Shown: positions 45,455 to 54,808 of the stretch, in pieces | Layout: every line of letters starts with the position of its first letter | Numbering within the stretch: the stretch's first letter is position 1 | Source: a bacterium | Lineage (GTDB): Bacteria; Patescibacteriota; Microgenomatia; Woykebacterales; RBG-16-39-9b | DNA: 64,000 nucleotides | Reading direction: 5' to 3' | Assembly: GCA_030704665.1 (NCBI GenBank) | Contig: JAUYID010000009.1 | Location: 857,702 to 921,701 of the forward strand | Translations under genes and position numbers: made by a program | The notes under the pieces: model-generated | Told to the model about the DNA's origin: nothing | What the model saw: the letters and a program-made list of their open reading frames with translations, nothing else | The model's database searches: none

Positions 45455-46962
45455 TCTTCTTTTTCTAAACTAACTTTAATTTTACTAGCCGAAAAAGGAA
45501 GAAATCCAACCCTTCCATAAAAATTGGGGGTAATTTTTATGGAATGATCCTTGAACCCTTCTAGAGAATCTAAATATTTGTTCGCCGCGGATAGTCTTTT
45601 TCTAGCTAAGTCTTTTTTGACTTTATTTAGATCTAAATTGGGAATCAAAGACGCCTTTATTTTTCCGTCAATTTGATAGCTATCCCCATCTTTCTTTGCT
45701 ATCTTTGCCTCAACCTCTGAGTTTTCCTCATCAACTTTTAGATTTTCCGAAATATCCAACCCTTGACTCAAAATTGAGATTACGTCAGCTTCTTTGATAA
45801 AGATTGCGTTTGTAGCTACTTCCATGTTTAAAGAAACCTCAGCTGCCTCTTCGCCAATATTTTTATCGTAAGTTTCTTTGGAAACAGTTGTTTCGACGCT
45901 TCCGGAAACCAAAATCAAGTCTGGGTTTTTGGTCTTAATTTCATCTGTTGCCTTTTTGGTAAGTTTTTTTAGTAAACTGGCCCGTAGAGCTTTCCGATCA
46001 GCATCAGAAATAATCGCCAGAGTTTTAGTCGTCCCACCGCTGAAAGCAGTGTCATTTTTAGCATAAACTTCGCCTGGATCAGCACTTCCAACCTTAAAGT
46101 TAGTATCAGCAGCGTAGTTACCTTCTGCTCCAGTTTTGGCAGCGGTAACGTTAACACCTGTTTGCTTCGGGGGCGCCCCAAAGCCAGCTGAGCCTTCAGC
46201 TGTGACATCCTCTTCTGTAACAAAAGTTATGCTACCGGTTGTAGGTGTAATCGCTGTACCTTTGACAAAGAGGCGATCAGAAGTAGTACTATTGTAAATA
46301 GTAACCCTCCCCTTGGCAGCAGTACCAACTGTTTTTGTCCCAGTTGCTTTGGCACTCTCGGTGTCAGACTTAACCACCTCTTCCCCCGTCGCAGCAAGAG
46401 TTTCCGCCTCACCAGAACCGCCAACAACCGCGGTTATCTCAGCAGTTGCGTCTTTGGTTGAGGTTCTGTAGGTAAGAGTTACTTCTGCACTTGGCAGGGT
46501 CCAAAGGAAAATAAAGGCTGCGACTACAAGCGAAACAACCCCACCTCCAAGAAAGAGCCAGCGCTTCGAGATTCTGTTCAAGCTCGGAAATTTTGGCAAC
46601 TTTCCTTTTGGTTTTTCCGACTCTGGAACTGCGTCAATTTGTGGAGCCAGCGCCGCCACTGGAGCTTCAATTGGAAATTGCCCTGCTAAGCTGGCAACGT
46701 CCTGCCCTTCAACAAAACCAAGGTCTTCTTCTTTTGGTGCTGGAGTAACTTCTGGTTTCAGAGTAGCCGGAGAAGGTGCATCACCGAAATTGACTGATTT
46801 GCCCGCCTCGGCTGCAAAGCGTTTGATGATTTCTTTGTTGATGGCGTTTTCCAAAACCATGGAGTTTTCAACTATCCGCAACTCAATTTTTTCCTCATCT
46901 GATTTTTGGATTTTTTCCAAGATTTGATTCAGTTTTGCGTTCGCGTCAAACTCTAGCTCCAT
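45451..46962 (-). CDS. Single-TM protein with a large beta-rich external region (baseplate J/gp47-like)
   Basis: Cytoplasmic N-domain, Pro-rich linker, TM, ATGTKTVGTAAKGRVTIYN, GAEGN, AFSGGT. Confidence 0.65.
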   Translation of the reverse strand: MELEFDANAKLNQILEKIQKSDEEKIELRIVENSMVLENAINKEIIKRFAAEAGKSVNFGDAPSPATLKPEVTPAPKEEDLGFVEGQDVASLAGQFPIEAPVAALAPQIDAVPESEKPKGKLPKFPSLNRISKRWLFLGGGVVSLVVAAFIFLWTLPSAEVTLTYRTSTKDATAEITAVVGGSGEAETLAATGEEVVKSDTESAKATGTKTVGTAAKGRVTIYNSTTSDRLFVKGTAITPTTGSITFVTEEDVTAEGSAGFGAPPKQTGVNVTAAKTGAEGNYAADTNFKVGSADPGEVYAKNDTAFSGGTTKTLAIISDADRKALRASLLKKLTKKATDEIKTKNPDLILVSGSVETTVSKETYDKNIGEEAAEVSLNMEVATNAIFIKEADVISILSQGLDISENLKVDEENSEVEAKIAKKDGDSYQIDGKIKASLIPNLDLNKVKKDLARKRLSAANKYLDSLEGFKDHSIKITPNFYGRVGFLPFSASKIKVSLEKEE

Positions 46963-47928
46963 TTAGTACTCCAAATATTCTCTGGCCAAAGAAAAGACCC
47001 CTGTGTCACTGGCCGGAATAGTCTCAATAATCTCCTTTTTAGTTATTTCTGGCTCTTGTTCATAAAAAAGTTTTTCTTTCCAGGGGAAATTCTGTAACTC
47101 GTTTTCAACTTGATCTAGATCTATTTCGTCTTCGTCAGGGTAGAGCCAGATACTGCTTGGTCTTTTTTCTTTGTCCAAAAGGGAAATGACCGCCTCTATC
47201 CCGATTGACAGATAGGCAAGTCCTGATGTACCAAGATCAAAAGGAAGAATTTCGAAAATATGACCTTCGGAAAGCAAAGCCGCCTCGGATTTCTCTTTGC
47301 CAACTCTGAGTACCAAGGCATCGTTGAGGTTCTGTTTGAGTAGTTCACGACTGACCGCAAAAGAGCTTGGCAAGATTTTACTGACTTTCAAATCAAGCTC
47401 GTCAATCATTTGATCGAAAAGGGCTAGCTCCTCTGGTGCTTTGAGAGCAACAAAGCAGGCAAAATCAGCTTTTTGCCCTTTTAAGCCGATTGGATTAGTC
47501 AGAGTTGCATTGTCAATTTTGGCTGAAGCAACAGTTGAGAAGAAAACTTTAAGCGGTTCGGCTTCTATAGAAGCGGCGACCTTTTCCAAAACCGTTTCTA
47601 CTTCACTTTCATCAATTGCCTCTTGTGGGTTTGGCCGAGTCACTCGAGCAATGGTGGTAGTCGTCCGCAGTATTCCGTCGGTGACTCCAATGATGGCTTT
47701 TTTGGGAATATCGCCAGCAATAGCGGCCAAAGCATCAATAGCTTCAAGAACAGACTCGAAAATATTTTCGTAAGCAGAAAAGTTTTTTCTTCCCACTGAA
47801 ACTAAGTGTGGTTTGGAATCTACAAGGTTAAAACTGGCAGCAGTGACCCGACCTAAACCAATTTCGAGAACTAGAAATTGATTGCCTTTGGTTTTTCTGG
47901 AAGGAAATAGTTTTTTGAACAGCTTCAT
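46963..47928 (-). CDS. Degenerate FtsA/actin-fold protein
   Basis: FLVLEIG (altered phosphate-1), RPNPQEAI..E, IDNATLTNPIGLKG, LVLRVG. Confidence 0.6.
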   Translation of the reverse strand: MKLFKKLFPSRKTKGNQFLVLEIGLGRVTAASFNLVDSKPHLVSVGRKNFSAYENIFESVLEAIDALAAIAGDIPKKAIIGVTDGILRTTTTIARVTRPNPQEAIDESEVETVLEKVAASIEAEPLKVFFSTVASAKIDNATLTNPIGLKGQKADFACFVALKAPEELALFDQMIDELDLKVSKILPSSFAVSRELLKQNLNDALVLRVGKEKSEAALLSEGHIFEILPFDLGTSGLAYLSIGIEAVISLLDKEKRPSSIWLYPDEDEIDLDQVENELQNFPWKEKLFYEQEPEITKKEIIETIPASDTGVFSLAREYLEY

Positions 47929-47959
47929 GACAGTGACTGTATTTTAACAGATTTTGTCG

Positions 47960-49912
47960 TCAAGAGAGAACCGCACGAATTCTTCTTTGCCCAGCACCTA
48001 GAGCTTCCTCTTTAACTATCTTAAATTCTCCAACCTGAGAGGTGTGCTCAACATGTGGTCCACCACAGTATTCGGTTGAGTAACCGCCAATTTCGTAGAT
48101 TGAAACCTTATCACCATATTTATCTTTAAACAAGCCAATTGCGCCTTTTTTGTCTGCTTCATAGGGTGTTATGAGCTCTTTTTTCACTTGCAAATCATCT
48201 TTAATTTTTGAATTAACAATTTCCTCTACCTTTCGAATTTGCTCGTCGGTAAGTTTTTCGCCGTGGGAGAAATCAAAACGTATTCTTTCCGGTGTAATGT
48301 TGCTTCCTGTCTGATGAACCTGTTCCCCAAGAACATCGCGGAGAGCTTGGTGAAGTAAATGGGTCGCGGTGTGACCACGCACCGTCAGATCAGAATGATC
48401 AGCTAGGCCACCTTTGAATTCTCCGGCTGAGACTCCACGCGAGACTTCTTGGTGTTTTTTAAACTCATCTTCAAAACCTTCAATATCAACAAAAAGTTTA
48501 GCGGCTTGAGCAAGCTCAACAATCATTTCAATTGGAAAACCGAAACTTTGATAGAGATCAAAACTTTCTTTTGCTTCGATTGTTGCGTTTTGGATTTCCT
48601 CCTTGGTCAAACCAAACTCTTTTTCAGTCTTGCCAGTGTTACCAGCATAAAAGTCTCGGAACAACTCTCGACGGTGTGGTAGCTTCATCACTTGACTGTA
48701 TTTAGTCTCTGTAACTGGAACTTTCTTCTCGAAAAGTTTTTTTGAATTGGCTAGGCCCTCTTCAATTGCTCGGTTAAACCTTTCGACCTCACTTTGAATC
48801 TCCTTGTGAATAACTTCTTGTTTTTCTTTTAGCTCTGGGTAGGCACTTTCATAAACCACTACCAGGTCTTTGACTAGGTCAGTGACAAGACTCTTCTTCC
48901 CTTTGATGAAATCAAGATGCCGAACTGCTCGCCTGAGCAGCTTGCGGAGAACATAACCTCGCTCAGTATTGGTTGGGACAATTCCCTCGGCGAGCAGGAA
49001 AAGACTCGCTCGAAGATGGTCGGCAATTATTCGAGCTGAGCTTTCTTCGTATTGTTTCGAATTTGCTTTAATCAGCTCGATACTTTTTTCAAATAAATCT
49101 GTTTCGTAACCACTTTTCTTCCCATTCAAAACCGCCAAGGCTCTTTCCAGACCCATGCCAGTATCAACACTTTGCATCGGCAATTTTTCTAGCGTCCCAT
49201 CCTCCCAGCGATTGTATTCCATGAACACATCATTCCAAATTTCTACCCAACGACTATCAGCGTCAACCGAACCCTCCGGACCGGAATCACCGGTCCAATA
49301 AAACATTTCCGTGTCTGGTCCACACGGACCAAACGGTTCTTTGAATTCACCACTATCTTGTTCCCTTTTAGCAGTTGGCCACCAATTGTGTTCTTTGCCA
49401 AGATAAAAAATCCTTTTTTCGGGAATTCCCAGCTCTTGCCAAACTTGAGCTGACTCCTCGTCCCTCGGTGCGTCTTTGTCCCCAGCAAAAACCGAAACGG
49501 CTAGTTTTTCGATTGGGATGCTTAGTTCTTTCGTAAGGAATTCAAAGGAAAACTCAATCGCCTCCTTTTTCCAATAGGAACCTTTGGTTCCTGCGCTTCC
49601 TTTGGAATCTAAGTCCCCGATTGACCAATTACCAAGCATTTCAAAAAAAGTATGGTGGACTAGGTCTCCGACTTCTTCAATGTCATCGGTGCGTAAACAT
49701 TTTTGACAATCGGCCAATCTTCTGGATGGTGGTTCTTTTTTCCCGCTCAAGTAAGGAATGAGAGGCTGCATTCCCGCAGAAGTAAAAAGAACTTTTTCTT
49801 TGCCTTCAAGTTGTTGGCTCTCATCTGGAACAAGGGGATAAGAGGGAATGATCTTGTGCCCCTGCTTTTCAAAAAATTTTAAGTATTTTTCACGTAGCTG
49901 CGCGGCTGTCAT
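47960..49912 (-). CDS. alaS: Alanine--tRNA ligase (no C-Ala domain)
   Basis: LFTSAGMQP, HHTFFEMLGN, DTGMGLER, HTATH, EYCGGPH; ATG at 49912. Confidence 0.96.
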   Translation of the reverse strand: MTAAQLREKYLKFFEKQGHKIIPSYPLVPDESQQLEGKEKVLFTSAGMQPLIPYLSGKKEPPSRRLADCQKCLRTDDIEEVGDLVHHTFFEMLGNWSIGDLDSKGSAGTKGSYWKKEAIEFSFEFLTKELSIPIEKLAVSVFAGDKDAPRDEESAQVWQELGIPEKRIFYLGKEHNWWPTAKREQDSGEFKEPFGPCGPDTEMFYWTGDSGPEGSVDADSRWVEIWNDVFMEYNRWEDGTLEKLPMQSVDTGMGLERALAVLNGKKSGYETDLFEKSIELIKANSKQYEESSARIIADHLRASLFLLAEGIVPTNTERGYVLRKLLRRAVRHLDFIKGKKSLVTDLVKDLVVVYESAYPELKEKQEVIHKEIQSEVERFNRAIEEGLANSKKLFEKKVPVTETKYSQVMKLPHRRELFRDFYAGNTGKTEKEFGLTKEEIQNATIEAKESFDLYQSFGFPIEMIVELAQAAKLFVDIEGFEDEFKKHQEVSRGVSAGEFKGGLADHSDLTVRGHTATHLLHQALRDVLGEQVHQTGSNITPERIRFDFSHGEKLTDEQIRKVEEIVNSKIKDDLQVKKELITPYEADKKGAIGLFKDKYGDKVSIYEIGGYSTEYCGGPHVEHTSQVGEFKIVKEEALGAGQRRIRAVLS

Positions 49913-49962
49913 TTGGTGAATTATATGAAACCAAGGTAGTCTTTGCAATCAAGTGGGCCAAA

Positions 49963-50376
49963 CTAACTTTCTTTTTGCAGTTTTGAAGTCTTGTAAATCT
50001 CGGGTTTTAGGCCGCGAAGACGTACAATTTTTACTTCTCCTAGCCGATGCCTTCTTAAATCTCTTTTTAACTCCGCTACTGTCGGTTTCTGATCATAGCC
50101 CAAAGCTAAAATATCTATTTTGTGGCTTCTCAAAGTACGGTAAAAGTTGTGGGTTTTAGAGCCGAGGATGACCTGGTCTGCTAGTTTAAACCTTCTAATT
50201 TTTTGCGCCCGGCTTTTTTCTGAGTTCAATGGAAGTTTATTTTTGACCCGCTGAACGTGAAAGTCCCGAGCAACCACCACCAACAAGGAGTCACCCAGTT
50301 TCTTGGCTTGCTTGAGAAAACTTGCGTGTCCTGGATGGAAAACATCAAAAGTTCCAAAGATAACTACTTTTTTCAT
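49963..50376 (-). CDS. Cytidylyltransferase-family protein (RibL-type FAD synthase-like)
   Basis: FGTFDVFHPGH, VVARD, LGYDQ. Confidence 0.8.
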   Translation of the reverse strand: MKKVVIFGTFDVFHPGHASFLKQAKKLGDSLLVVVARDFHVQRVKNKLPLNSEKSRAQKIRRFKLADQVILGSKTHNFYRTLRSHKIDILALGYDQKPTVAELKRDLRRHRLGEVKIVRLRGLKPEIYKTSKLQKES

Positions 50377-50397
50377 TTTTATTTTGTCTTGGGAATT

Positions 50398-50592
50398 TTA
50401 CTCTTCTTTGAAGTTCGAATCTAGTTTTTCTTTTGTCTGGTCCAAAATTTTGTTTCCTTCTTTTTCCAGTTTCTTTTTAAACTCCTTGCCTTGCGGGGTG
50501 GAAAAAAACCAAGATAAACCAACTCCAAGAAGTACGCCAAATAAAAGGCCTTTGAAAATTCCGTCGGAGCGCTCTTCAGAATCTTTACTCAT
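50398..50592 (-). CDS. YtxH-like protein
   Basis: GLLFGVLLG...FSTPQGKE. Confidence 0.65.
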   Translation of the reverse strand: MSKDSEERSDGIFKGLLFGVLLGVGLSWFFSTPQGKEFKKKLEKEGNKILDQTKEKLDSNFKEE

Positions 50593-50872
50593 CTTTTTTT
50601 CCTTTTGAATCCTTGCTAAAACTTTTTTTGAAGGCTAGTGCAAGACTGAGAAAATCTTTGGCAAGACTGACATACTCCGAGGCAGAAAAGGTTGGTCGAA
50701 AGATTTTGTTTTCCAAAAAACTCACCATTGCTTCGGCTCGGGAGAGAACATTGCGAATTTTTCTGACTCCTTGGTGAATTTCGTAGAGAATAAAAATAAT
50801 GAGGACGCCAATGCCAATGAGAACCAGCCCAACCGAAATGTAGACGATTTGTAAAAAAGAGGCAGTATCCAT
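50585..50872 (-). CDS. Single-TM hypothetical protein
   Basis: N-terminal TM plus amphipathic helix; overlaps the YtxH-like gene. Confidence 0.65.
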   Translation of the reverse strand: MDTASFLQIVYISVGLVLIGIGVLIIFILYEIHQGVRKIRNVLSRAEAMVSFLENKIFRPTFSASEYVSLAKDFLSLALAFKKSFSKDSKGKKDE

Positions 50873-50924
50873 GATTTTTTAGCTAGGTTTTGACAATATC
50901 ACAGTTTATTTTTCGGAGCAAGAG

Positions 50925-51812
50925 CTAGGGGAAGCTTTTTTCGATCGTTTCCCCTTCTTTACCCAAAATTGACTCTTTCCCCTCAAAGGTAGTTGTAGTT
51001 GAGCCGGCGTTGTGACTGATTAAGCGTATTCTTCTTTCGGCCTGAAAGACTCTTTCCGCCCCAGAGGCCAAAACCCCTTCAAAGGAAATTTTGCCGTCAA
51101 CCTCAGCACTGATACTGACTGCGTTTGGTCCAATTTTTATTTTCAGCTCAACTTTTGTTTTTGGGGGCGGTTCATTTTCAGTTTTTGGACTAACTACTAG
51201 CGTTCGCTTTTCAGTAGAAATTTTTCCAAAACGATTGGCGGCAGTGACAGTGATCGTGTTGACCCCTTCCGGGAGACTAACCGCAACTGAAAAACTTCCA
51301 CCTGGATCAAGCTGCACTTCCTGACCGTTAATTTTCAAAATCGCGTCAGGCCAGGTGCGACCAACTACATTGGCTTGATCTCCTTGGATTTTCGTATTGT
51401 CCTTTGGTTCTACGACCTCTAGAAAAGGTGTGCCAGTGAAGCTTCGATACTGAACAAAGAGATAACCGAGGACGAGACTCATCACGACAAGGGCGACAAA
51501 ACCAGTCACCCAACGAGGAGTCAGACGGAAGCTGGAGGGGTTTTTCAGGATCGTTCGGCGAGGTAGGACAACTTTCTTCTCGTCAAACTCACGGCGGTAG
51601 AAAGCGAGGACATCCTCAGCCGAGATCCCAAGAAATTTTCCATAATTTTTAAGTAAACCTCTGACGAAAATCGGCGAGGGAAGGGCTTGCCAAACCCCCT
51701 CCTCAAGAAGAAGTAGAGTTTTTTTGCGAATCTTGGTGGCTTGTTCGACGTCTTCAAGGCTCAAGCCCTTGTTTTTTCTGGCTTCCGAAAGGATTTGTCC
51801 TACCCGTTTCAC
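50925..51812 (-). CDS. RodZ-like protein (HTH, TM, Ig-like domain, DUF4115-like tail)
   Basis: GQILSEAR..LSLEDV..TKIR, FVRGLLKNYG, TM, GVNTITVTAAN; downstream of ftsK. Confidence 0.8.
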   Translation of the reverse strand: MKRVGQILSEARKNKGLSLEDVEQATKIRKKTLLLLEEGVWQALPSPIFVRGLLKNYGKFLGISAEDVLAFYRREFDEKKVVLPRRTILKNPSSFRLTPRWVTGFVALVVMSLVLGYLFVQYRSFTGTPFLEVVEPKDNTKIQGDQANVVGRTWPDAILKINGQEVQLDPGGSFSVAVSLPEGVNTITVTAANRFGKISTEKRTLVVSPKTENEPPPKTKVELKIKIGPNAVSISAEVDGKISFEGVLASGAERVFQAERRIRLISHNAGSTTTTFEGKESILGKEGETIEKSFP

Positions 51813-51840
51813 GATTTTACTTTCCCAAAAGTAAGAGCAG

Positions 51841-51893
51841 TATCGCGCGCATAATAAATTTTTAGTTTTTCAAAAACAAGCCTTAGCGCGATA
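51841..51893 (-). repeat. Repeat copy E5 (ftsK/rodZ-like)
   Basis: TATCGCGC...GCGCGATA outer stem; core GTTTTTGAAAAACTAAAAATT. Confidence 0.85.
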
Positions 51894-51926
51894 TAAACTT
51901 TTTTTAATATATTAGCTTAGTTGCTT

Positions 51927-54038
51927 CTACGCTTCTTGTCCTTCCCCCCCTCCAAGGACCCGGGCAGGATCTTTGACGAGCACATCTCGAGCTTTTGATC
52001 CGTCTTGACTGCCAACCACTCCAGCAGCTTCCAGTTCGTCCAAAATCCGAGCTGCCCGAGCGTAACCAACCGAGAGTTTTCTTTGCAAAAGCGAAGCACT
52101 AGCACGATCAAATTGGCAAACTATCCGAACCGCTTCTTCAAAAAGTTCGTCTTGGGAGCCTCCCCCGTTTCCAACTCTTCCAGCTCTAGCATTGACGGGC
52201 ATAGTGGTTACTTCTTCAGTATACTGCGGTTCAACTCCAGATTTTTTCAAAAACTCGATCAGCTTGTTGGTTTCCGGTTCGGAAACAAAAACTCCTTGGA
52301 TACGTTGCGGTTTTGAAGCGTCTGGGGGAACATAAAGCATGTCTCCTCGGCCGAGAAGTTTATCGGCCCCAACTTGGTCAATGATGACACGAGAATCGAC
52401 CTGAGAAGCAACGTTGAAAGCAATACGCGCTGGGATATTAGCCTTGATCAGACCGGTAATAACATCAACACTAGGTCGCTGGGTGGCCAAAATCATATGA
52501 ATCCCTGTCGCTCGACTCATTTGGGCTAAACGAGTAATCGCGTCTTCGACTTCGACCGGAGCAAAGAGCATCAAGTCAGCGAGCTCATCGATAATAATGA
52601 TGATGTAAGGCAGGGCCTGAAAACCACTCATCTCGTTGAAAGAATCGATGTTGCGTGCTCCGACTTCAGCAAATTTTTTGTACCTTTTTTCCATTTCCGT
52701 GACCGCCCATTTTAGTGCAGAAATGACTTTTTCTGCTTCGGTGATAACCGGGGTAAGAAGGTGGGGAATTCCGTTCCAGCCCGAAAGCTCAACTATCTTC
52801 GGGTCCACTAGAATTAATTTAACCTCGGATGGCGTTGCCCGAAAAAGTAAGGTGGCAATAAAAGCATTTATGGCGACACTTTTTCCTGATCCGGTCGAGC
52901 CGGCGATAAGAACGTGCGGCATTCTTGCTAAGTCTGTCACCAAGGGACTGCCAGAAACATCGAGCCCCAAAGCAAGACTAATCTTTGATTTTGCCTTCTG
53001 CATTGAACCAGAAACCAAAACTGATTTGAGAGGAACTGTTTCCGGAGTGATGTTGGGAACTTCAATACCTACCAAGGATTTTCCCGGAATCGGGGCTTCA
53101 ATTCGCACTGTTCCGGTCGGGGCGGCTAGTCCAAGAGCAATGTCGTTGGCTAGTGAAGTAATTTTAGTCAGTTTGGTTCCCAGCGCAATTTCGAGTGCGT
53201 ACTGAGTCACCGCCGGTCCCATGTTGACTTCAACTACGCGTGCCTGAATACCAAAACTTTCGAGCGTTTTCTCAATGACAGCGGCACTGTTTTTTATATC
53301 CCCACGAACTGCTTTCGAACCAATCGTTTCTGAAAGCATGTCGAGCGGGGGGTATTCCCAAACTTGGTTCTCCGCTGGCAGATTGCTCACCATCGCTGTA
53401 GTCAAAGCAGTTGGATCGACTGGATCTTTTTCTTTACTTTCGTCCATACCCTTGGTCTTAAAGGGCAACCTTTCGTCTTTTGGCTCTTTGTTTCTTAACT
53501 CCGCAATTTTACTGTAAGCATTTTTACTACCAGCAAAGCCAAGCCCAAAAGCTTGCCCCAAAAGTTCAAAAGTCCTCTCCAGCGAGGTATTAAAGATAAC
53601 GACAAAGGAAGCAATACTCAGAACGAGAAAAGTAAACCCAGCTCCGAGACTAGATAAAAAAGTAGCGGTGAAGTTAAAGAGATAGCGACCAACTATTCCA
53701 GCCGCTGAAGGAAAAAACCAAGCCGTAAGCGCGTCTAAGCAAATAATAAAACCGGCCAGTCCTGCGGCAGTGTTGGCTGAAACGAAACTCCAGCGAGCCT
53801 TGAGAGCAAGTAGTGCAGCTTCCGCCATGGCAAAGGGAACCAAAAAGGTCAGCCAACCAAAATAATCAAACAGTTTTAATTTAACTATCTCGGCTAGCCC
53901 GGGACCACCAAAAAATGCTAGTAAACTTAGAATTGAAGCCAGTAGCAAAAAGAGTCCAGCCACTGTCTGGGCGGTTTTTTTCTTTATCTTTAATTTAAAT
54001 GGAGAACGAGAGCCGTAGCGGCGTGAACGATAAGCCAT
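51927..54038 (-). CDS. ftsK: DNA translocase FtsK/SpoIIIE
   Basis: N-terminal TMs, GSTGSGKS, IIDELADLM, ATQRPS, gamma domain. Confidence 0.97.
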   Translation of the reverse strand: MAYRSRRYGSRSPFKLKIKKKTAQTVAGLFLLLASILSLLAFFGGPGLAEIVKLKLFDYFGWLTFLVPFAMAEAALLALKARWSFVSANTAAGLAGFIICLDALTAWFFPSAAGIVGRYLFNFTATFLSSLGAGFTFLVLSIASFVVIFNTSLERTFELLGQAFGLGFAGSKNAYSKIAELRNKEPKDERLPFKTKGMDESKEKDPVDPTALTTAMVSNLPAENQVWEYPPLDMLSETIGSKAVRGDIKNSAAVIEKTLESFGIQARVVEVNMGPAVTQYALEIALGTKLTKITSLANDIALGLAAPTGTVRIEAPIPGKSLVGIEVPNITPETVPLKSVLVSGSMQKAKSKISLALGLDVSGSPLVTDLARMPHVLIAGSTGSGKSVAINAFIATLLFRATPSEVKLILVDPKIVELSGWNGIPHLLTPVITEAEKVISALKWAVTEMEKRYKKFAEVGARNIDSFNEMSGFQALPYIIIIIDELADLMLFAPVEVEDAITRLAQMSRATGIHMILATQRPSVDVITGLIKANIPARIAFNVASQVDSRVIIDQVGADKLLGRGDMLYVPPDASKPQRIQGVFVSEPETNKLIEFLKKSGVEPQYTEEVTTMPVNARAGRVGNGGGSQDELFEEAVRIVCQFDRASASLLQRKLSVGYARAARILDELEAAGVVGSQDGSKARDVLVKDPARVLGGGEGQEA

Positions 54039-54095
54039 TTAGAGTAATTCTCGCATATCACCTGCTCGAATTCAATCTAGGCAAGCAGGAGTTTT

Positions 54096-54124
54096 AATGT
54101 AGCAAAAAATACTAAGAAAGTCAA
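54096..54124 (-). promoter_or_regulatory. sigma70 promoter of ftsK
   Basis: TTGACT, 17 nt, TACATT with TG extension. Confidence 0.6.
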
Positions 54125-54139
54125 CTACTATGGGGTAAA

Positions 54140-54592
54140 TTACTGTTGTTCGTTAAAGACTCTTTTGGCTTCTTCGCGCAGAGTTCCTTTTCTCAAAATA
54201 AAACCCTCAGGCACCAGTTCTTCAATTCCCATATGCCAATGGGAGGAATCACTGAAGCTATCGAAAGAGTCCTGCCGACTCATAGCAATAACTACCTCGT
54301 TAATTCGTGACCAGAGAAGGGCGCCAACGCACATCATGCACGGCTCACAACTGGCGTAAAGAATGCAGCCGTTTAGTCTGCGGGATTTCAACGTTTTGGA
54401 GGCTTTGCTGATTGCCAAAGTTTCGGCGTGCTGAGTCGGATCTTCCTTTTCATGAGTAGTGGTATGGGCTTTGGCAAGAATTTTGCCGTCTTTGACGATA
54501 ACCGCGCCAAATCTTTTTGGTCCTTTAGTCTTCTTTGACTCCTCGATAGCCAAAGTCATAAACTTTTCGTCTTGATTATTTTTGTTTAACAA
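54140..54592 (-). CDS. Zn-dependent nucleoside/guanine deaminase (CDA/TadA fold)
   Basis: FGAVIV, HAE, SCEPCMMC. Confidence 0.88.
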   Translation of the reverse strand: MLNKNNQDEKFMTLAIEESKKTKGPKRFGAVIVKDGKILAKAHTTTHEKEDPTQHAETLAISKASKTLKSRRLNGCILYASCEPCMMCVGALLWSRINEVVIAMSRQDSFDSFSDSSHWHMGIEELVPEGFILRKGTLREEAKRVFNEQQ

Positions 54593-54806
54593 TTTTAGAA
54601 ACTAATTTTGCTGATAAAAGTATGGGTAACAGAAAGAAAATTAGACTTAAAATTTCTATCAAGACCCCTATCCTACTAGTTGGCCCAGTACCAATACAAT
54701 TGACACCGTCAAGCTCACAAACAAATTTTAGAAGAAACAAACCTAGTAAAACCTCGAAGAGGATCGTGGAGGCTACAACAATACTAGCAATTAAGTACTT
54801 CTTCAC
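54576..54806 (-). CDS. Small two-TM protein
   Basis: GTG 2 nt after the rnj stop; two TMs with a CxxxxxxC loop. Confidence 0.55.
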   Translation of the reverse strand: MKKYLIASIVVASTILFEVLLGLFLLKFVCELDGVNCIGTGPTSRIGVLIEILSLIFFLLPILLSAKLVSKIVKQK

Positions 54807-54808
54807 AG

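Noticed and set aside
45451-46962. Prophage or contractile injection system
   Set aside because: No sheath, tube, terminase or integrase genes; the gene has a TM anchor and sits among housekeeping genes.
47960-49912. alaS (and the short infB) as pseudogenes
   Set aside because: Catalytic, editing and GTPase motifs are intact and the frames are uninterrupted; this looks like domain streamlining.
18914-51893. Repeat family as intrinsic terminators or integron attC sites
   Set aside because: Large AT-rich interior, no consistent U-tract after the stem, located inside operons; no RYYYAAC/GTTRRRY ends and no integrase.
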